From positions 1,792,001 to 1,856,000 of the forward strand of contig CAVTBU010000005.1 of assembly GCA_963733035.1 (NCBI GenBank): a stretch of DNA of 64,000 nucleotides, written 5' to 3'. Positions 59,101 to 64,000 of this stretch are shown here, piece by piece. The stretch is from Pirellulales bacterium (GTDB taxonomy: Bacteria; Planctomycetota; Planctomycetia; Pirellulales; PALSA-1355). Both the position numbers and the translations under genes were made by a program. A model generated the notes under the pieces. It was not told the origin of the DNA, did no database searches, and was given only the letters and a program-made list of their open reading frames with translations. The first letter of the stretch is position 1. Every line of letters begins with the position of its first letter.

Positions 59101-62100
59101 CGTCCCCCGTTCCGTGGAACACGACGCGGCGTTGCTTCGCGTTGAGCTGGTCGAACGGCACGTCGATCGGCACCCGGGCTTGTGCCGAGAGGGCCGCCAG
59201 CATGGCTTCGAACAGCGGCGTGCTGACGGTGGGCCACAATCCGATCGCGCCCTCGGCGAGGGTCAATTTTGGATCTCGCAACAGGGCCGCCGGGTTGGCA
59301 CCGGTCTGCGTGCCCAACCCTTCGCAGGCCGGACACCAGCCGAGCGAACTGTTGAACGAAAAACTGTGTGGCGTGAGCCGCTCGAAGCTGCGGCCACACT
59401 TGTCGCAGGCGTAATGCTGGCTATGGATCTCGACGCGCCACTTGGGCTCAGGCACGTCATTTTCCGGGTAGGCGACGTGCACCATGCCCTTGCCAAGCGA
59501 GAGGGCCGTCTCGACCGTTTCGGCGATCCGTCCCCGCGCGTCAGGCCGCACATTAACCCGATCGATTACCACTTCGACCAGGTGTTTGCGGCGGCGATCG
59601 ATTTGCGGCGGTGAATCGACCGAATGCGTCTCGCCGTCGACCCGCATTCGCACATAGCCCAACGAACGGATTTCGCTCCACAGATTCTCGTACTTCTCGC
59701 CGACGTCGACTTGCAGTGGAGCCATCAGGTAGAGCTTGCTGCCTGCCGGCTCGGCCATGATCTTGTCGACAATCTCGTCGGATGTTTGCGTGCCAATGGG
59801 AATGTCGCACGACGGGCAATAGGGCGTGCCGAGACGAGCCATCAGAATCCGCAGGTAGTCGTAGATTTCGGTCACGGTGCCGACGGTCGAGCGTGGCGTA
59901 TGCCCCATGTGCTTCTGCTCGATGGCGATCGCGGGCGAAAGACCCTCGATATGATCGAGCGCCGGCTTTTGCATCTGGCCCACGAATTGCCGGGCGTAAG
60001 AACTCAAACTTTCGACGTAGCGCCGCTGGCCCTCGGCATAGATCGTGTCCATGGCCAACGAGCTTTTGCCCGAGCCACTCATGCCGCAACAAACGGTGGT
60101 CTTGTCTCGCGGGATTTCGACATCGATGCTTTTGAGATTGTGTTGCCTGGCGCCGCGAACACGAATGGCTTTGGCTTCCGACGTAGTGCCGCGGCGGCGC
60201 CGGCTGGCCTGGGCGCGGCCCGAATTGCGGCGGGCTGCTTCGCCGTTCAAATGCGCGGCCAGCGAGCGGCCGGTGTACGAGTTGGCGTTGGCGGCGATTT
60301 CGGCGGGAGTGCCCGTGGCAATGATTCGCCCGCCGCCGGCGCCACCTTCGGGCCCCAGGTCGATGATCCAATCGGCCGTCTTGATGACGTCCAGGTTGTG
60401 TTCGACGACGAGCACGGTGTTGCCGGCATCAACGAAATCGTGCAGTACCTTGAGCAAGAGCTTGATGTCGGCGAAGTGCAGTCCGGTCGTCGGCTCGTCG
60501 AGCAGATACAGGGTCTGGCCAGTGCTCTTCTTCACGAGTTCGCGGGCCAGCTTGATCCGCTGAGCTTCGCCACCCGAGAGAGTTGGAGAGGGCTGACCGA
60601 GTTTGAGATAGTCGAGCCCCACGTCGTGCAACGTCTGCAGTTTGTGCCGCACCTTGGGAATGTTCTCGAAGTGCTCGAGCGCCTGTTGAACGTCCATCTC
60701 CAGCACGTCGGCGATGGTCTTTCCCTTGAACCGCACTTGCAGGGTCTCGCGATTGAAGCGGTGGCCCTCGCACACCGGACAGGTCACCCAGACGTCGGCC
60801 AGGAAATCCATCTCGAGCTTGTTCGAGCCGTTTCCTTCGCAGGCCTCGCACCTTCCGCCCGCTACGTTGAAGCTGAAGCGACCGGCTTTGTAGCCTCGCT
60901 GGCGCGATTCGGGGAGCTGCGTATAAAGGTCGCGTATCTCATCGAACAGCTTGATGTACGTGGCGGGATTCGATCGCGGCGTGCGCCCGATCGGCGATTG
61001 ATCGATTGCGATCAACTTGTCGAGGTGTTCGAGGCCTTCGATCTTTCGGTGCTGGCCCGGCGAGCCTTCGCCGCCGTTCAAATCGCGGCGGAGGGCTTCC
61101 ACCAGAATGTCGCTGACCAGCGAGCTCTTGCCGGATCCGGAGACGCCGGTGATGCAGACCAGCGACCCGAGCGGGATTTCGGCATCGATGTTCCGCAGGT
61201 TGTTGTGCTCGGCACCGAGTACCTTCAGCCACTTGCCCGTTAGCTCGCGCGGCGCGGGGGGAACCGCAATTTGCTCCGCGCCTGAAAGATACTTGCCCGT
61301 CAGGCTCCGGGGCGCTTTGGCAATCGCTGCGGCCGTGCCCTCGGCGACGACTTCACCGCCGCGCACACCTGGGCCGGGGCCGAAGTCAATGATGTGGTCG
61401 GCCGCCCGCATGGTGTCTTCGTCGTGCTCGACCACCACCACGGTGTTGCCCAGGTCGCGCAACTGGGTCAGCGTGTCGAGCAGGCGATCGTTGTCGCGGG
61501 GATGGAGGCCGATCGACGGCTCGTCCAGAATGTACAGCACGCCCACCAGTCCGCAGCCGATCTGACCGGCCAATCGGATTCGTTGCGACTCCCCGCCCGA
61601 GAGCGTCGGCGCGGTGCGATCGAGGGTGAGGTATTCCAGGCCGACGTTACTGAGAAAACCAAGCCGCCCGCGAATTTCCTTGAGCGCTTCGGTGGCAATG
61701 ACGGCGCGCGTGGCGTCAAGCTCTAACTCCTGAAAGAATTCGATCGCATCGCTGATCGGCAGGCCGCAGACATCCGGCAGCGAGAGCGACGCTCGATTGG
61801 CGAATTGACTGCCGCGAGTGGTCAGCGTGACCGCGCGAGCCTGCGGATTGAGCCGCTGTCCGTCGCAATCCGTGCAGTGCATCACCTGCATGTATTTCTC
61901 AAGCTGCCGGATTTGCATACCGCTTTGCGAATTGCGGTACTTTTCCAGCAACTCGGGAATGATGCCCTCGAAAATGCCGCCATACTTGTGGCCGGAGGAA
62001 CCACCGCGCCACGTAAACGTAATGTGTTGATCGCCGGTTCCCCACAACCACACGTCCTGCTGCGGGCCGCTGAGCTCGTTCCAAGGCGTATCGAGCAGCG

Positions 62101-63261
62101 CCCCCTTCGGAAGGTCGTGGATGCGTTCGATCGTATCGGCGACGCCCTGATAGATGTGCCGCTTCCAGCGCCCAGGTTGCGCCACGGGCCGAGCAGTGCA
62201 AAGCAGCCCTGCTTGAACGACAGCGTTGGATTGGGGATCAGAAGTCCCGGGTCGAAGCTATACAATTCGCCCAGACCGTCGCACGAAACGCACATGCCCT
62301 GCGGACTGTTGAAGCTGAACAGCTGAGGGCTCGGCGGCTCGAAGCTCAAACCACAATGCGTGCACGCGTAGTGGGCCGAAAGCTGGATGTCGCCGGGGCG
62401 CGTCGAGCCGGCGCCACGAGGCTGATTGTCGGGTGTGTCGGTGTCGGCGCCCCGCTTCCGTTTGGCGCCGCGACGCGTGCGGCCAGCGGCGGCCGGGGGT
62501 TGATCTTCGGTGCCTGCGGGTTCTCCCGAGGAGGTGAAATCGGGGGTCTCGGTGGCGACGATCAGGTTGCCGTCGCCGAGCTTGAGAGCCAATTCAACGG
62601 CTTCTGCCAGTCGACCTCGCGATTGTCCCGCCACCAGGCGATCGACGACCACTTCGATGTCGTGCCGCATCTGACGGTCGAGATTCAAGTCGTCGGTCAA
62701 CGACACAACGCGGCCATCAACGCGGGCTCGAGCAAACCCCTGTTTGAGCAGATCGACGAACAGATCGCGGTACTCGCCCTTCTGGGCTTTGATCAGCGGC
62801 GCCAGCACAAGGAACTTCGTTCCCGCGGGGAGACGCCCCACCTGATCGATGATCTGCTCACGCGTTTGGGCCGTAATCGGCCGTGAGCAGTTCGGGCAAT
62901 GTCCTTGGCCGGTGCGGGCATAGAGCACACGCAGGTAGTCATAGATCTCGGTGATCGTGCCGACCGTCGAACGGGGATTCTGGCCCGACGACTTTTGCGA
63001 AATCGAAATCGATGGGCTTAGTCCGCCGATGTAGTCGACGTCGGGCTTGGGCATTTGCCCAAGGAACTGGCGGGCGAAACTCGACAGGCTCTCGACATAC
63101 CGGCGCTGGCCTTCGGCATACAGCGTGTCGAAAGCCAGTGAGCTTTTTCCCGAACCGCTGACGCCGGTCAGGCAGATCAACCGATTGCGAGGCAGCGTAA
63201 GCCCGACGTCCCGCAGGTTATGTTCGCGGGCCCCCTTGATGACAATATCAGTAGCAGCCAT
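56111..63261 (-). CDS. uvrA: Excinuclease ABC subunit A, double-length (four ABC ATPase modules) with C-terminal extension; three apparent frameshifts (~62172, ~58164, ~58010)
   Basis: Start [16 protein letters not shown]; four G[VM]SGSGKSSL Walker A motifs; four LSGGE.QR signatures; Zn-finger CxxC pairs. The ORF pieces 61882-63537, 58136-62185, 57822-58181 and 56111-57964 join into one protein. Confidence 0.93.
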
Positions 63262-63314
63262 GGGCACCGTGCGGAGAAAGCAACAAGTCCGTTCGTCTTC
63301 CAGGCGAATCGTGA

Positions 63315-63336
63315 ATTGTAGTAGACGCGCGTACAC
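63315..63336 (-). promoter_or_regulatory. uvrA -10 element (TACAAT) with an adjacent near-palindrome, candidate repressor site
   Basis: Minus strand GTGTAC-GCGC-GTCTAC immediately followed by TACAAT. Confidence 0.4.
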
Positions 63337-63545
63337 GCAGGCTAGCAGGAAAATTTTGCGCGGTTCCGAAAGGCGGCGATCGACACGCTGCTCGACCGCA
63401 AAATCGCACCGATGAAGCGCCGTTGCTAGCTTCCACAGGAGCCGGTCTGGACCAGGGCCACGCTTTTTGCGACACTCCCGCCCCCGTTGGACTAAAGAAA
63501 CCCGGCTGCCCATCGATCCCTCATGCGAGCAGGACACGTTGTCGT

Positions 63546-63953
63546 ATGAAATCCCAGCGTCTTATCGTGTTTGCATTGGCGGTGCTACTGATGGCGGCGG
63601 CCCCCCCAATCGCGCCGCGACCGGCCGCGCCGTCGTGGTGGAGTCGAATCGTGGCCGGAGCGAAACAGTTCGTGCACGATCCGCTAGGCAGTTTGCACTC
63701 GCCCCCGCGATCGCTGCCACCGGAGCCAGATTTGCTTGACGCAGACAATCGGCGAGCCGGCAGCGCGCTCGCACCGCCGTCTCCGGCATTGCAGCGCGAC
63801 GCCCTGGTGCGGCCTGCCGCTGCCGTTGAAAAGGTAACACCGCCAGCGGCGCCACTGCGCAAGCCACAAAAAACAGCGAAGCGTTCGCTATTCTCTCGCA
63901 ACCGCTCCCCTTCACGAACGGTCTCGGAATACATGGCCGAAGAAAAGCCATGA
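63546..63953 (+). CDS. Hypothetical secreted Pro-rich protein
   Basis: [19 protein letters not shown] signal-like start; ATGA overlap with the next ORF. Confidence 0.6.
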   Translation: MKSQRLIVFALAVLLMAAAPPIAPRPAAPSWWSRIVAGAKQFVHDPLGSLHSPPRSLPPEPDLLDADNRRAGSALAPPSPALQRDALVRPAAAVEKVTPPAAPLRKPQKTAKRSLFSRNRSPSRTVSEYMAEEKP

Positions 63954-64000
63954 GGCGTCTACCGTTTACGAGCCTGCTCGCGATTTTCGCGATACTTGCC
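63950..64000 (+). CDS. Start of a secreted protein (truncated by window end)
   Basis: ATG overlapping the previous stop; [17 protein letters not shown] is signal-peptide-like. Confidence 0.5.
   Translation, partial: MRRLPFTSLLAIFAILA

Overview
High-GC bacterial DNA, most likely a Planctomycetota (Pirellulales-like) chromosome. Indicators are a secreted protein with the planctomycete 'FEPLEDRxxL' signature, PEP-CTERM proteins, a sulfatase, planctomycete-type RND/TolC genes and a double-length four-ATPase UvrA. About 41 protein-coding genes are supported. They include an RND efflux set plus a second, orphan permease; a Zn-peptidase/ATP-grasp pair; a hybrid kinase; a CobW-type GTPase; a SnoaL/Gly-rich/arylsulfatase cluster; a pentameric ligand-gated ion channel; large secreted proteins; an ECF sigma with a ChrR-cupin anti-sigma; a six-gene ABC/DUF3299/CPFC operon resembling Zrg-type zinc systems; and ridA, smpB, lipA, a metallophosphoesterase and uvrA. 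Five apparent frameshifts cluster at 52-62 kb (lipA, a CBM9-like gene, uvrA x3) and are probably sequencing errors. The most striking unexplained feature is a ~380-nt minus-strand intergenic element (about 55326 to 54947). By hand it folds into about ten helices whose G-U pairs all favour the minus strand. It has its own sigma70-like promoter and ends in a tRNA-like closing stem followed by ACCA-UUUUU. I could not match it to tmRNA, RNase P, SRP or a tRNA. No rRNA, canonical tRNA, CRISPR array or transposase was seen. All family names come from motif recognition and all folds were done by hand, with no database searches.
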